Shown: positions 39,895 to 49,630 of the stretch, in pieces
Numbering within the stretch: the stretch's first letter is position 1
How the letters are laid out: each line of letters starts with the position of its first letter
Assembly: GCA_026417175.1 (NCBI GenBank)
Contig: JAOADT010000006.1
Span: forward strand, 5,031-69,030
Direction: 5' to 3'
DNA: 64,000 bases
DNA from: Deltaproteobacteria bacterium
GTDB lineage: Bacteria > Desulfobacterota > Syntrophorhabdia > Syntrophorhabdales > JANXAF01
Made by a program: the position numbers and the translations under genes
Notes under the pieces: model-generated
Seen by the model: the letters and a program-made list of their open reading frames with translations, nothing else
The model's database searches: none
What the model was told of the DNA's origin: nothing

Positions 39895-40788
39895 ATGTTT
39901 TTAAGGGATTACATGGTCGTTATTCCGGGATGGGTCTTTTTCCTTATAGTTCTTGGGATTGGGATATTGATCACAAGCGTTACATGGGCACTCATTCTTA
40001 AAAGAAGAGTGGAAGATCGAACAAAAAAATTGAAAATGGCACTGGAGAAAGCACAAGAAGCGGACAGACTAAAATCGGCTTTTTTGGCGGCAATGTCTCA
40101 TGAGCTTAGAACCCCGCTCAACTCAATAATTGGATTTACAGGAATACTACTTAAAGGTCTTGCCGGGCCACTAAACGAGGAGCAGAAAAGACAGCTCCTC
40201 ATGGTCAAAGAAAGTTCACAGCACCTCCTTGCACTTATCAATGATATTCTCGACATATCAAAAATTGAAGCCGGCGAGCTTAAACTCTTTCCTTCTCGTT
40301 TTGACCTTAGGGCTTCTCTTGAAAAACTTATTGGTATGTGTCGACATTTTACGGAAAAAAAGGGGCTTTATCTTGAATTCAATATCACTGAAGGTGTTCA
40401 CGAAGTGATAGCGGATCAAAAAAGATTGGAGCAGGTACTTATAAATCTCTTAACTAACGCTGTCAAGTTTACTGAAAAAGGAGGAATAACTGTAACATGC
40501 ACAGCTGATCAAAAAAACTACATTATATCTGTAAAAGACACAGGCATCGGGATAAACGGGAACTATTTACCTCTAATATTTGAACCATTTCGTCAGATAG
40601 ATAGTGGGCTTTCTAGAAAATACGAGGGAACGGGGCTTGGGCTTTCGATCTCTAAAAGGTTAATCGAAATGATGGGAGGGAAAATCTTTGTTGAGAGTGA
40701 ACCGGGGAAGGGAAGCAATTTTACGGTAGTTCTACCTAAGAACATGGAGGGGCAAGATGAAAAAGAATCTTCTCTTGATAGAGGATAA
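39895..40788 (+). CDS. Membrane-anchored histidine kinase without obvious sensor domain
   Basis: 297 aa. One TM, H-box SHELRTPLNSI, N/G boxes (LINLLTNAVKF, DTGIGI, GTGLGLSI). Confidence 0.9.
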   Translation: MFLRDYMVVIPGWVFFLIVLGIGILITSVTWALILKRRVEDRTKKLKMALEKAQEADRLKSAFLAAMSHELRTPLNSIIGFTGILLKGLAGPLNEEQKRQLLMVKESSQHLLALINDILDISKIEAGELKLFPSRFDLRASLEKLIGMCRHFTEKKGLYLEFNITEGVHEVIADQKRLEQVLINLLTNAVKFTEKGGITVTCTADQKNYIISVKDTGIGINGNYLPLIFEPFRQIDSGLSRKYEGTGLGLSISKRLIEMMGGKIFVESEPGKGSNFTVVLPKNMEGQDEKESSLDRG

Positions 40789-41131
40789 CGAATATAACCT
40801 GTACATGATGAGTTTTTTGCTAGAAAAAAACGGATTTGATGTAAAAGTGGCAAAAAACGGAAAAGATGGGATCATGCTGGCCCTTTCTGAAAAACCTGAG
40901 GTTATTCTTCTCGACATCCAGCTGCCGGAGATGGATGGCTATCAAGTTCTAAAAGAATTAAAGAACCACGATGAGCTAAAGAATATCCCGGTTATCGCTG
41001 TGACCTCCTACGCAATGCCTGGTGATAGAGAAAAGATACTGCAAGCAGGTGCAAATGGTTATATAGAAAAGCCCATCAATCCTGATACCTTCATCTCAGA
41101 TATACTTAAATGCCTGAAGGATGGGAGCTGA
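40757..41131 (+). CDS. Single-domain response regulator (REC only)
   Basis: 124 aa. LLLIEDNE, LLDIQLPEMDG, and TSYAMPGD (CheY-like). Confidence 0.9.
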   Translation: MKKNLLLIEDNEYNLYMMSFLLEKNGFDVKVAKNGKDGIMLALSEKPEVILLDIQLPEMDGYQVLKELKNHDELKNIPVIAVTSYAMPGDREKILQAGANGYIEKPINPDTFISDILKCLKDGS

Positions 41132-44100
41132 AAAAAGTAATGGAAGAAAAAATTTTAATCGTAGATGACAGAGACGAGGCCAGATACCTACTAGAGACCA
41201 TTCTCAAATCTCAAGGGTATGTAGTTATACCAGCTAGGAATGGAATCGAAGCCTTGTCCAGGATGAATTCGGAAAGCATTGACCTAGTTATTACTGACAT
41301 TCTAATGCCTGATATGGACGGCTTTGAACTAATTAGAAGGATGAGAGGAAATGAAAATCTTAAAGGGATACCTGTCATTGTTTATACTGCCACATACACA
41401 GGACCCGAGGATGAAAATTTTGCTTTAAAAATAGGCGCTAACCGATTTCTTCAAAAACCCACTGAACCAGATGAGTTGATAAAAGTGGTTAAAGACATTC
41501 TTGAAAAAAAAGAGACTTCTATACCGGCGGAAATTGGAGAGGCGGAAGCACTTAAAGCATTTAGCGAAAGACTTATCCGGAAGCTCGAGATCCAAACCGA
41601 AAGATGGAAAAACACATTCGAAAGCATACTCGACGGAATAGCAATCGTCTCACCGGATGGAACAATACTTGAGTGTAACAAAGCAATGAACGAGATTCTT
41701 GGCAAAAAAGCTCAAGAAATAATTGGGAATAAGTGTTATAAGGTGATCCATGGCACTGATGAACATATAGAGGGATGTCCACTGGTAAAATCACTGACGA
41801 CACGTAAAAGGGAAACTATGGAGTTACCTGATCAGGATAGGTTTTATATGGTAATGGTCGATCCTATTTTTGGTCTGGGTGGCAATATAGAGAGTTTTGT
41901 TCATATATTGCGAGATGTAACAGAAGAGAAAAAGAGGGAAAAGGCACTGCGAGAGAGCGAAGAGAGATACCATTTCATATCCGATCTAATTTCGGATTAT
42001 GCCTATGCCTTTGAAGTCAAAGAAGATGGGACGCTCAAGGGCCTGTGGGTTACCGATTCATTTGTAAAAGTTTTTGGTCTGACCATATCTGAGATAGACG
42101 AAAGGGGTGGGTGGCAAACGATGGTCTACAAGGAGGATCTTTCTATCGCTATCGAACACGCAAACAGGGTGATTTCTGGGCAACCCGACATATGTGAGAT
42201 GAGATGGGTAACAAAGGACGGACAAATAAGATGGTTAAGAGACTACGCTGTACCCGTTGTGGATAATGTGCTAAAAAGGGTAACCCGAATTTATGGAGCA
42301 TCGCAAGATATTACAGAAAGAAAACAAATGGAAGAAGCATTAAGACAGAGTGAAGAGTTCTACAAGGCCATTTTCGAAAACACAGGGACTGCAACGTTAA
42401 TAGTGGAAGAAGACACAACAATCTCTCGTGCAAACCAGATGGCTTTGAACTATATAGGCCTAAAAAGGGAGGAATTTGAGGGGAAAAGAAGCTGGACTGA
42501 GTTTGTCGCAGAAAAAGAAGATCTAGAAAAGATGCTTGAGTACCATCGTTTGAGGCGGGTTCATCCAGATCTTGCTCCAAGAAGCTACGAATTCAAAATT
42601 AAATCTCCTTCTGGAAAGATCTATCACGCTCTTCTTTCTGCCGCAATGATCCCTGGAACAAAAAAAAGCGTAGTATCTATGCAGGACATAACAGAGCTTA
42701 AAGAGATGGAAGAGAGGCTTTTAGAGGCAGAAAAGAAGTACCAAACCATAGTAGACAACGCTCCCGAACCGATAGTTGTGCTGCAGGATAAACTTATAAA
42801 GTTCGTTAATCGAAAGACTGAGGATGTATACGGTTACTCTCTGGATGAGCTTTATATGCGTCCCTTCATTGACTTTGTCCATCCCGAAGATAGAGAAAGG
42901 GCAATGGATCTTTACACCAGTGAGCTTCCTGATGTGGAATCAGGCTTCACGTATGAAATAAGGTTAATAGACAAAAACGGAAACACAAGATGGACCCACG
43001 GAACCGCAGTCAATATAGAGTGGGAAGGGAGACCTGCCCGGTTGAATTTTATTAGAGACGTTACTGAAATAGTAAAGGCAGAGGAAGAAAAAAAGAGGCT
43101 ACAAGAACAGTTATTACAATCTCAAAAGATGGAAGCACTTGGAAGGCTCGCGGGAGGAATAGCCCACGATTTCAATAACATCCTGACTGTGATTAAGGGT
43201 TCCTGTCAGTTAGCTTTTTCAGAAGCGAAGGTGGGAGAACCTCTTTTAGAAAGAATATCAGAGATAGAAAGAGCAGTAGATAAGGCTTCGGACCTTGTAA
43301 GGCATTTACTTGCCTTCAGCAGAAGGCAAATTATGAAGATGAGAATAGTTGATCTAAACCAAATAGTGACAAGCATAGAGAAAATGTTGAAAAGAATAAT
43401 TGGGGAAAACATCGAGTTTGTAACTAAGATTTCCAAAGATCCTTGTCTTATAATGGCTGATCCATCCCAGATAGAACAGGTGATTATAAATCTGGCGGTG
43501 AATGCAAAAGACGCAATGCCTAAAGGTGGAAAACTCACAATAAGCACGGAAAAAACCCATATTCCTGAAGAAAAAAGAGAGTATCATTTTCCATTTAGCG
43601 GCTCCTATGTGATTCTTACAGTTTCTGACACAGGCTTGGGCATTCCTAAGGAAATTCAGGAAAAAATTTTTGACCCTTTCTTTACGACAAAGGAGGTTGG
43701 AAAAGGCACTGGACTTGGGCTTTCAACTGTTTATGGTATTGTGAGACAGCTCGGTGGATATATACTGTTGAAAAGTGAGGAAGGAAAAGGAACCGTATTC
43801 AGGATTTACATACCCGAGGCAGATGAGTCGCCAAAAGAAGATGTAGAAAAGATGAGAGTCGAGACACACCTCATCCCTGGAAAAGGCCGTGTTCTTGTAG
43901 TAGAAGATAACGATGACCTTAAAGACCTTATTACTGAATTCCTAACAAAAAAAGGGTACGAAGCTCTCTCTGCAAAAAACGCTCAGGAGGCTTTAGAAAT
44001 AATCAGCCGACAAACAAAACCAATCGATGTCCTCCTTACTGACATTGTCATGCCAGGAATAAGTGGCAGGGAATTAGCGCAGACTGTGAAAAGGTCATAC

Positions 44101-44247
44101 CCTGAAACGAAAATTCTATTCATGTCTGGTTATATGGACGAAAGTCAGTTAGATTTTGGCATTTTTGAAGAAGGTTTTTCCTTTATCCAAAAGCCTTTTG
44201 ATTTCGACACACTGGCAAAAAAGGTTATGGACTTGTTGGAAAGTTAA
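41110..44247 (+). CDS. Hybrid sensor kinase: REC, multiple PAS, HisKA, HATPase, REC
   Basis: 1045 aa (likely start MEEKILIVDD at 41140). N-REC, at least 3-4 PAS/PAC repeats, H-box IAHDFNNIL, GTGLGLS, and C-terminal REC (VLVVEDNDD...LTDIVMPG). Confidence 0.9.
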   Translation: MPEGWELKKVMEEKILIVDDRDEARYLLETILKSQGYVVIPARNGIEALSRMNSESIDLVITDILMPDMDGFELIRRMRGNENLKGIPVIVYTATYTGPEDENFALKIGANRFLQKPTEPDELIKVVKDILEKKETSIPAEIGEAEALKAFSERLIRKLEIQTERWKNTFESILDGIAIVSPDGTILECNKAMNEILGKKAQEIIGNKCYKVIHGTDEHIEGCPLVKSLTTRKRETMELPDQDRFYMVMVDPIFGLGGNIESFVHILRDVTEEKKREKALRESEERYHFISDLISDYAYAFEVKEDGTLKGLWVTDSFVKVFGLTISEIDERGGWQTMVYKEDLSIAIEHANRVISGQPDICEMRWVTKDGQIRWLRDYAVPVVDNVLKRVTRIYGASQDITERKQMEEALRQSEEFYKAIFENTGTATLIVEEDTTISRANQMALNYIGLKREEFEGKRSWTEFVAEKEDLEKMLEYHRLRRVHPDLAPRSYEFKIKSPSGKIYHALLSAAMIPGTKKSVVSMQDITELKEMEERLLEAEKKYQTIVDNAPEPIVVLQDKLIKFVNRKTEDVYGYSLDELYMRPFIDFVHPEDRERAMDLYTSELPDVESGFTYEIRLIDKNGNTRWTHGTAVNIEWEGRPARLNFIRDVTEIVKAEEEKKRLQEQLLQSQKMEALGRLAGGIAHDFNNILTVIKGSCQLAFSEAKVGEPLLERISEIERAVDKASDLVRHLLAFSRRQIMKMRIVDLNQIVTSIEKMLKRIIGENIEFVTKISKDPCLIMADPSQIEQVIINLAVNAKDAMPKGGKLTISTEKTHIPEEKREYHFPFSGSYVILTVSDTGLGIPKEIQEKIFDPFFTTKEVGKGTGLGLSTVYGIVRQLGGYILLKSEEGKGTVFRIYIPEADESPKEDVEKMRVETHLIPGKGRVLVVEDNDDLKDLITEFLTKKGYEALSAKNAQEALEIISRQTKPIDVLLTDIVMPGISGRELAQTVKRSYPETKILFMSGYMDESQLDFGIFEEGFSFIQKPFDFDTLAKKVMDLLES

Positions 44248-44261
44248 ATCCGTGTTATACT

Positions 44262-46085
44262 TTGCCGCTTTTGCAAAAACTCATGACAGACGGAAAAACC
44301 ATTCTTCTCGCCGACGATAACGAGGAGGCACGTCATCTTTTTGAGACATTTTTGGTCTCCAAGGGCTACAATTGCATTGTAGCTTCAAACGGAAAAGAAG
44401 CTTTAGAGAAGCTCCGTTCCCATCGGGTGGACATCATTCTCAGTGATGTTATTATGCCGGTAGTAGATGGTTTCGAACTCTTAAGAAGAGTCAAAAACGA
44501 GGAAAGTGGAAAAGGTATACCTTTCATTCTTTACAGTGGAGTTTATACCGGTGAGGAGGACGAGCAATTTGCAAAAAAAATTGGAGCGGATCGCTTTTTT
44601 GGGAAACCCTATGATTTTAACAAAATGCTTTCGGCTATAGAAGAAGAGATCAAAAAAAGTGAAAAAGGCGGTGGCACAACCAGAAAATCTCTGGAAGAGA
44701 CAGACATCCTGAGAGCTTACGGCGAGAGATTAACCTCTAAGCTTAAAAAAGAAGCAGAAAGATGGAGAACTGTGTTCGATTCAATGCTGGATATGGTTGC
44801 TCTTCTTGAGGAATCTGGCTTGATTCTTTTATGGAATAGGGCCTTTGAGGAGTATTTTGGTCCCAATCTGAAAAAAGAAAGCCATAAGTGTGCCCATGTA
44901 CTTGAGTGTGCAGATTGGAAAACCAAGGATTGTCCCCTTTTAAACGCGAGAAAAGGCAAAAAGAGAGAATCCCGAGAGATCCACAGAAATGGAAGTTTTT
45001 TTATTGAGATAATTGAACCAATTATAGAACCAGATGGAAGTGTAAGAAGATTTGTACAGATAGTTAGAGATATAACCCAGGAGAAAAAAGCAGAATACGC
45101 ACTTAAACAAAGCGAAAAAAAGTACCATTCCATATTCGAGTACGCCATAAACGGTATTTACCAAATGACTCTTAACGGAGAGTTTCTACTTGCAAATCCT
45201 TCTTTTATCAACATGTTAAGCTACGAATCTTTTCAGGAACTTAAAGACTGTCTTAAGGACATAAAAAGAGATCTCTTTCTAAAACCCGAGGATTTCGAGT
45301 ATATAAAACAGAGCCTTCTGCAAGGTGGGATCGTAAGAGGATTTGAAACCGAACTCAAAAGAAAAGATGGTGCGATTATCTGGGTAACAATAGACGCGCA
45401 TCTTGTGAAAGATACTTATGGGGAAAATACTTTTATCCAGGGATTCGCAGAGGAGATAACGGAAAAGAAAAAGGTAGAACTTGAACTAAGGGAGATGGCT
45501 GAAAAATTGAAAAGATCCTTTTTTGCAACTGTAAGGGCTTTATCAACGGTTATTGACTTAAGGGACCCTTATACAGCAGGGCACCAGAGGAGGGTATCTA
45601 ATTTGGCCGCCATGATAGCACAGGAGATGAAAATGTCCAATGATTTTGTAGAAAATGTTAGGATAGCTGGCGAGATTCATGATATAGGGAAGGTCGCGGT
45701 TCCTTCTGAAATACTTACCAGGCCAGGGAAGTTACTTAGAGAAGAGATGGACATAATCAAACGACATCCCGAAATAGGATACGAGATTCTGCGAGACGCA
45801 GAAATGCCAGATCCTATACCGCGTATAGTGTACGAGCATCACGAGAGAATGAATGGATCTGGCTATCCTAGAGGACTCAAAGGTAATCAGATAACTATGG
45901 GGGCACGTATTCTTGCTGTGGCCGATGTTGTTGAGGTTATATCTACCCATAGACCTTATAGACCAGCTATCGGGCTAGACGCAGCTTGCGAGGAAATAAA
46001 CAAAGGAAAAGGAGAATTTTACGATGGTGAAGTGGTAGAAGCGTGCCTTAGAATCCTCAAAAATGCTGGAAATCTTCCTTTTTAA
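44262..46085 (+). CDS. Response regulator with PAS domains and HD-GYP output
   Basis: 607 aa (likely ATG at 44283). REC, two PAS, then HD-GYP (AGHQRRV, IHDIGKVAVP, HHERMNGSGYP). The N-terminal half is paralogous to the hybrid kinase upstream. Confidence 0.9.
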   Translation: MPLLQKLMTDGKTILLADDNEEARHLFETFLVSKGYNCIVASNGKEALEKLRSHRVDIILSDVIMPVVDGFELLRRVKNEESGKGIPFILYSGVYTGEEDEQFAKKIGADRFFGKPYDFNKMLSAIEEEIKKSEKGGGTTRKSLEETDILRAYGERLTSKLKKEAERWRTVFDSMLDMVALLEESGLILLWNRAFEEYFGPNLKKESHKCAHVLECADWKTKDCPLLNARKGKKRESREIHRNGSFFIEIIEPIIEPDGSVRRFVQIVRDITQEKKAEYALKQSEKKYHSIFEYAINGIYQMTLNGEFLLANPSFINMLSYESFQELKDCLKDIKRDLFLKPEDFEYIKQSLLQGGIVRGFETELKRKDGAIIWVTIDAHLVKDTYGENTFIQGFAEEITEKKKVELELREMAEKLKRSFFATVRALSTVIDLRDPYTAGHQRRVSNLAAMIAQEMKMSNDFVENVRIAGEIHDIGKVAVPSEILTRPGKLLREEMDIIKRHPEIGYEILRDAEMPDPIPRIVYEHHERMNGSGYPRGLKGNQITMGARILAVADVVEVISTHRPYRPAIGLDAACEEINKGKGEFYDGEVVEACLRILKNAGNLPF

Positions 46086-46088
46086 GTC

Positions 46089-47009
46089 CTAACTCACACC
46101 GAGCGCAACTCTCCAAAGTATAAAAGCTAAAGGCGAAAGTAAAGTGGATAAGGTTATCGCACCCGAGGCAAGTCGAGCATCTCCGTCCAACTCTCTTGCC
46201 ATTACGTAGGAAGATATGGCTACGGGACTTGCCAAAAGTATTATAAGTGGTACCCCATATTCGATGGGTACTCGAAAATAATTGAGCAAAGGAATGCAAA
46301 GTACAGGCAGAACAAAGAGTTTAAAAATAGAGGCTAGAATTAAGGGAAATACGTTGTCTGTAAGGAAATCCCATTTCATTGTGGCACCTATCACTATTAA
46401 GGCCATTGGTAAGGCAACGTTTGAAAGAATGTTCATAGTCTTTAAAATAAAAGAGGGTAGGCTTATCTCATATGCCGCAAAGAATAACCCTAAAAAGGTG
46501 GCCCAAATTACAGGAGTTTTAAGTATGGATGAAAGTGCTACGTAGAACGAATCTTTTGTATTTCTGCTAGTTAAATGTAGGGAAAGGATAGCTATGGCAT
46601 TATTTAAAAGGATCAAAAATCCAACAAAAAAGGTTCCTTTTTTCAATGAACTTTCACCTAACGTAAATAAGATAGTCGCAAGCCCAACGTAAGACACATT
46701 GCCATGGATACTTGCCTGTAAGAATGTTCCTAGTTTTCCACCTGAAAGCTTTAAAAACTTCCCGCTGATGAGAGATAGGAGTAAAGTTAAAAAAGTGGGA
46801 ATCATTATTGCAAAAAAACTCTTGAAATTCATACCCTCAAAATTGGAATGGGCAACGCCTGTGAAGACTAGAACAGGGAGAGGAAAATTAAAGATAAATC
46901 TATTTATTTCTCCTAAAGTTCCCTCATTGAGAAAACCGCTCTTTTTAACAAAACATCCCAATAATATTACAAGAAATATGGGCAGAATCGGTTCGATTAA
47001 GGCTTCCAT
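46089..47009 (-). CDS. AEC (auxin efflux carrier) family transporter
   Basis: 306 aa, about 10 TM helices, with the N- and C-terminal repeat organisation typical of the AEC family. Confidence 0.75.
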   Translation of the reverse strand: MEALIEPILPIFLVILLGCFVKKSGFLNEGTLGEINRFIFNFPLPVLVFTGVAHSNFEGMNFKSFFAIMIPTFLTLLLSLISGKFLKLSGGKLGTFLQASIHGNVSYVGLATILFTLGESSLKKGTFFVGFLILLNNAIAILSLHLTSRNTKDSFYVALSSILKTPVIWATFLGLFFAAYEISLPSFILKTMNILSNVALPMALIVIGATMKWDFLTDNVFPLILASIFKLFVLPVLCIPLLNYFRVPIEYGVPLIILLASPVAISSYVMARELDGDARLASGAITLSTLLSPLAFILWRVALGVS

Positions 47010-47027
47010 TGATGAACTCTAAAAGGT

Positions 47028-47636
47028 TCATTTACTTGCCAATATAATCTCCATTATACCGCTTCTTACCATCATTATTGAAAATGCGGCAAGGATTATT
47101 GAAAAAAGCTTTCCCAGTCCTTTTGTTCCTCCTTCTTTTAGAATTCTCATGATCCACGTGGAATTTAAGAAAACTAACCGCACTATCAAAATGTTCATCA
47201 AAAAACAGAGTACAGTAGAGAAGTACCCGTAAGATGAGGCACTTATAAGAATGACAGTAAGTACCCCTGGACCGACAATAAGAGGGATCCCAACAGGAAC
47301 AACCCCTAAACTCTCTTTTGGAAAGGATCTAGTTTTTTCAGGAAATAGGATATCCACGATGGCTATTATAAACAAAAGTATCCCGCCTGCAACTTTAAAA
47401 TCGGAGACTGTGATCCCGAGGAGCTTAAACACCCATCTCCCAAAAAGAAGAAATCCCACACCCGCCAAGGCAGCCGTTAATATAGATACATTCACTATGG
47501 CACGTCTGTCCCTTTCATCCATATCCTTTGTGAGGGAGACAAAGATAGGTAAAATTCCTATAGGATCTAACGCTACAAAAAATGGAATAAAAGGTAAAAA
47601 AAGCCTTGATCCGAGTGCCTCGCTGAATCCTTCCAT
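47028..47636 (-). CDS. MarC-family (UPF0056) membrane protein
   Basis: 202 aa, 6 TM helices. FVALDPIGILPIF start is typical of MarC. Confidence 0.75.
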   Translation of the reverse strand: MEGFSEALGSRLFLPFIPFFVALDPIGILPIFVSLTKDMDERDRRAIVNVSILTAALAGVGFLLFGRWVFKLLGITVSDFKVAGGILLFIIAIVDILFPEKTRSFPKESLGVVPVGIPLIVGPGVLTVILISASSYGYFSTVLCFLMNILIVRLVFLNSTWIMRILKEGGTKGLGKLFSIILAAFSIMMVRSGIMEIILASK

Positions 47637-47666
47637 TTATCCTAGTTTTCAGTCTCCAAAAGAGAA

Positions 47667-48119
47667 TTAAACTTTTAGAACGAGGTTTATCATATCTCCC
47701 CTTGTAAAGCCCATTTTGTGGAAGAATTGTAAAAGATCCCAGTCGTTCCAGTTTACAAGGGTGTATATCGTATCAATATTGTATCTCTTTAAGTTTTCAA
47801 TAAGTTTATTAGTTAGAAGTCTTGCGATTCCCCTGTTTTGATAATCAGGATCTATACCAATTGTATCTATCCATCCTATGTTTGTTGGTACCTTAAATTC
47901 CCAGCCACTTACACCCCCAAGTATGAACCCAACCACCTTTCCCTCTATTTCTGCTACCAGGGATACATCCTCAGGCCTGGTGTCTTTCTGCTTTATTATC
48001 TTGTTATACCAATAATCTCTTCTTTTTTCTCCCAGTACTTTTGTATCGATTTCGACTATTGCATCTAAATCTTCTTCTTTCATAGTTCTGATTACCAATC
48101 TATCAAGGAAACTTACCAT
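47667..48119 (-). CDS. GNAT-family N-acetyltransferase
   Basis: 150 aa. IGIDPDYQNRGIARLL acetyl-CoA motif A. Confidence 0.8.
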   Translation of the reverse strand: MVSFLDRLVIRTMKEEDLDAIVEIDTKVLGEKRRDYWYNKIIKQKDTRPEDVSLVAEIEGKVVGFILGGVSGWEFKVPTNIGWIDTIGIDPDYQNRGIARLLTNKLIENLKRYNIDTIYTLVNWNDWDLLQFFHKMGFTRGDMINLVLKV

Positions 48120-48145
48120 TTCCTCCCCCTTTGTTCTTGTAAATT

Positions 48146-48510
48146 AAGGGGTAGACTATAAGCCGGGTTCTGTATCCCTTTCGGGACGGTGGCCATTTCT
48201 CTTAAAGACCCTCTGCCGGTCTTTTTTTGCGGCCTACCCGGATGACGTGAGCGGGCAACTCACTCACGCATAACGCGTGAACTCCTGTTTGGCCTTGCAC
48301 CGGATGGGGTTTGCCGTGCCTTCCCTGTCGCCAGGGAAGCGGTAAGCTCTTACCTCACCTTTTCACCCTTACCACTGCTTATTGAGCAATGGCGGTATAT
48401 TTTCTGTGGCACTTTCCCTGGGGTTACCCCCGGTCCCCGTTAGAGACCATCCTGCCCTATGGTGCCCGGACTTTCCTCCCCTTTTGGGGCGGCCACCTGT
48501 CTACCCCTTT
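48146..48510 (-). ncRNA. rnpB: RNase P RNA, bacterial type A
   Basis: The minus strand reads AAGGGGUAGAC...GGAGGAAAGUCCGGGCACCAUAGGGCAG near the 5' end and ACAGAACCCGGCUUAUAGUCUACCCCUU at the 3' end, so the universal CR-I and CR-V motifs are present. The P1 ends are complementary. The region is a GC-rich island. Confidence 0.9.
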
Positions 48511-48910
48511 TTATCGCCTCCTTTGCCAATTTATCGGCAACTCTGTTTTTTTCTCTTGGGATATATTTTACCAAAAATCTTTTGAACCTGCCACCAAGTG
48601 AAAAAACGTTCCATACGTAGTTTTTGAGCTTTTTGTCTTTTACTTTGAAGATTCCAGTGAGTTGATTCACTAAAAGCTGTGAATCAGAATATACAACAAT
48701 TTCTTCTGCATTAAAATCTAGTGCTTTCTCAAGGGCATATATTAGCGCTTCGTATTCGGCTACGTTATTTGTCTTTTTTCCTATATAGGTTGATTCCCTA
48801 ATCATTTCTTTTCCATCAGGAGAATATAAAACAACCCCGATCCCGGCGTGACCAGGGTTCCCAGAGGATGCGCCATCTACAAATGCACGCCATTCTTTAG
48901 TTTTCATCAA
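48440..48910 (-). CDS. rnhA: RNase HI-family ribonuclease
   Basis: 156 aa. DEDD context FVDGASSGNPG, AEYEALIYAL, VYSDSQLL, and NRVADKLA. The last ~23 codons lie inside the rnpB 5' region. Confidence 0.8.
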   Translation of the reverse strand: MMKTKEWRAFVDGASSGNPGHAGIGVVLYSPDGKEMIRESTYIGKKTNNVAEYEALIYALEKALDFNAEEIVVYSDSQLLVNQLTGIFKVKDKKLKNYVWNVFSLGGRFKRFLVKYIPREKNRVADKLAKEAIKRGRQVAAPKGEESPGTIGQDGL

Positions 48911-49607
48911 TGTAATAGAATATGCGGTTACAGTTGGGACAGAATATTATTTCTTTGTTCTTTGTTACTTCAATAAAAAGCTGTGGTGGAATATTTACGA
49001 AACATCCTAAACACACCCCGTTTTTAACATTGACAACAGCGATGCCCTGCCTTTTTTCTCTTAGTAGGTTATATCTTTCTCTAAGTTCAGGACTTACACT
49101 GCTCATGAGTCTTTCTCTCTCAGCCTTAAACTTTGCTATTTCTTCGTCCATTGTAGATAAATCCAGTTCTATGTTCTTTTTTTCCTCTTCAATCTCCTTC
49201 TTTCTCTTCTCCAAATGCTTAATTGATGCCTGATAATCTTTTTTTAAATCCTCAATCCTGTCCATGAGAACTATTATATCTTCTTCCAATTTATCCACCG
49301 CCTCCTTTGCAGTTTCAATCTCCTTAAGTAGAGCCTGATACTCTTTATTCGTTTTTACCTCGAAGAGTTTTGATTCTTTTTTCTTTATCTTATCCTTCTC
49401 TTCCTCTAACTCTCTTTCCTTTCTTCTTCGCTCCTTTTCGAGTTCCTCAATCACTATCTTTTCCTTTTCAGTCTTCTCTTTCAAATCTTTTAATTCTGTA
49501 TTAAGTTCCTCTATCCTTTTTGGACCCGTAATTAGCTTTTTCTCCGTTTCCATTATCTTTAAGTCTGCCTTTTGAATTTCATAAAGAATTCTTAGCTCCT
49601 GTTCCAA
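48897..49607 (-). CDS. COG1579-type coiled-coil protein with C4 zinc ribbon
   Basis: 236 aa, TTG start with GGAGGGAG SD. Long K/E coiled coil ending in CLGC...CPNC. Confidence 0.75.
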   Translation of the reverse strand: MEQELRILYEIQKADLKIMETEKKLITGPKRIEELNTELKDLKEKTEKEKIVIEELEKERRRKERELEEEKDKIKKKESKLFEVKTNKEYQALLKEIETAKEAVDKLEEDIIVLMDRIEDLKKDYQASIKHLEKRKKEIEEEKKNIELDLSTMDEEIAKFKAERERLMSSVSPELRERYNLLREKRQGIAVVNVKNGVCLGCFVNIPPQLFIEVTKNKEIIFCPNCNRIFYYIDEN

Positions 49608-49630
49608 ACTCTCCCTCCCCTAATAATTTT

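Noticed and set aside
48382-48601. Two plus-strand ORFs of 67 and 70 aa (Pro/Leu-rich) in a GC-rich patch.
   Set aside because: They lie antisense within the RNase P RNA gene. Their composition reflects the GC-rich structured RNA, not coding potential.
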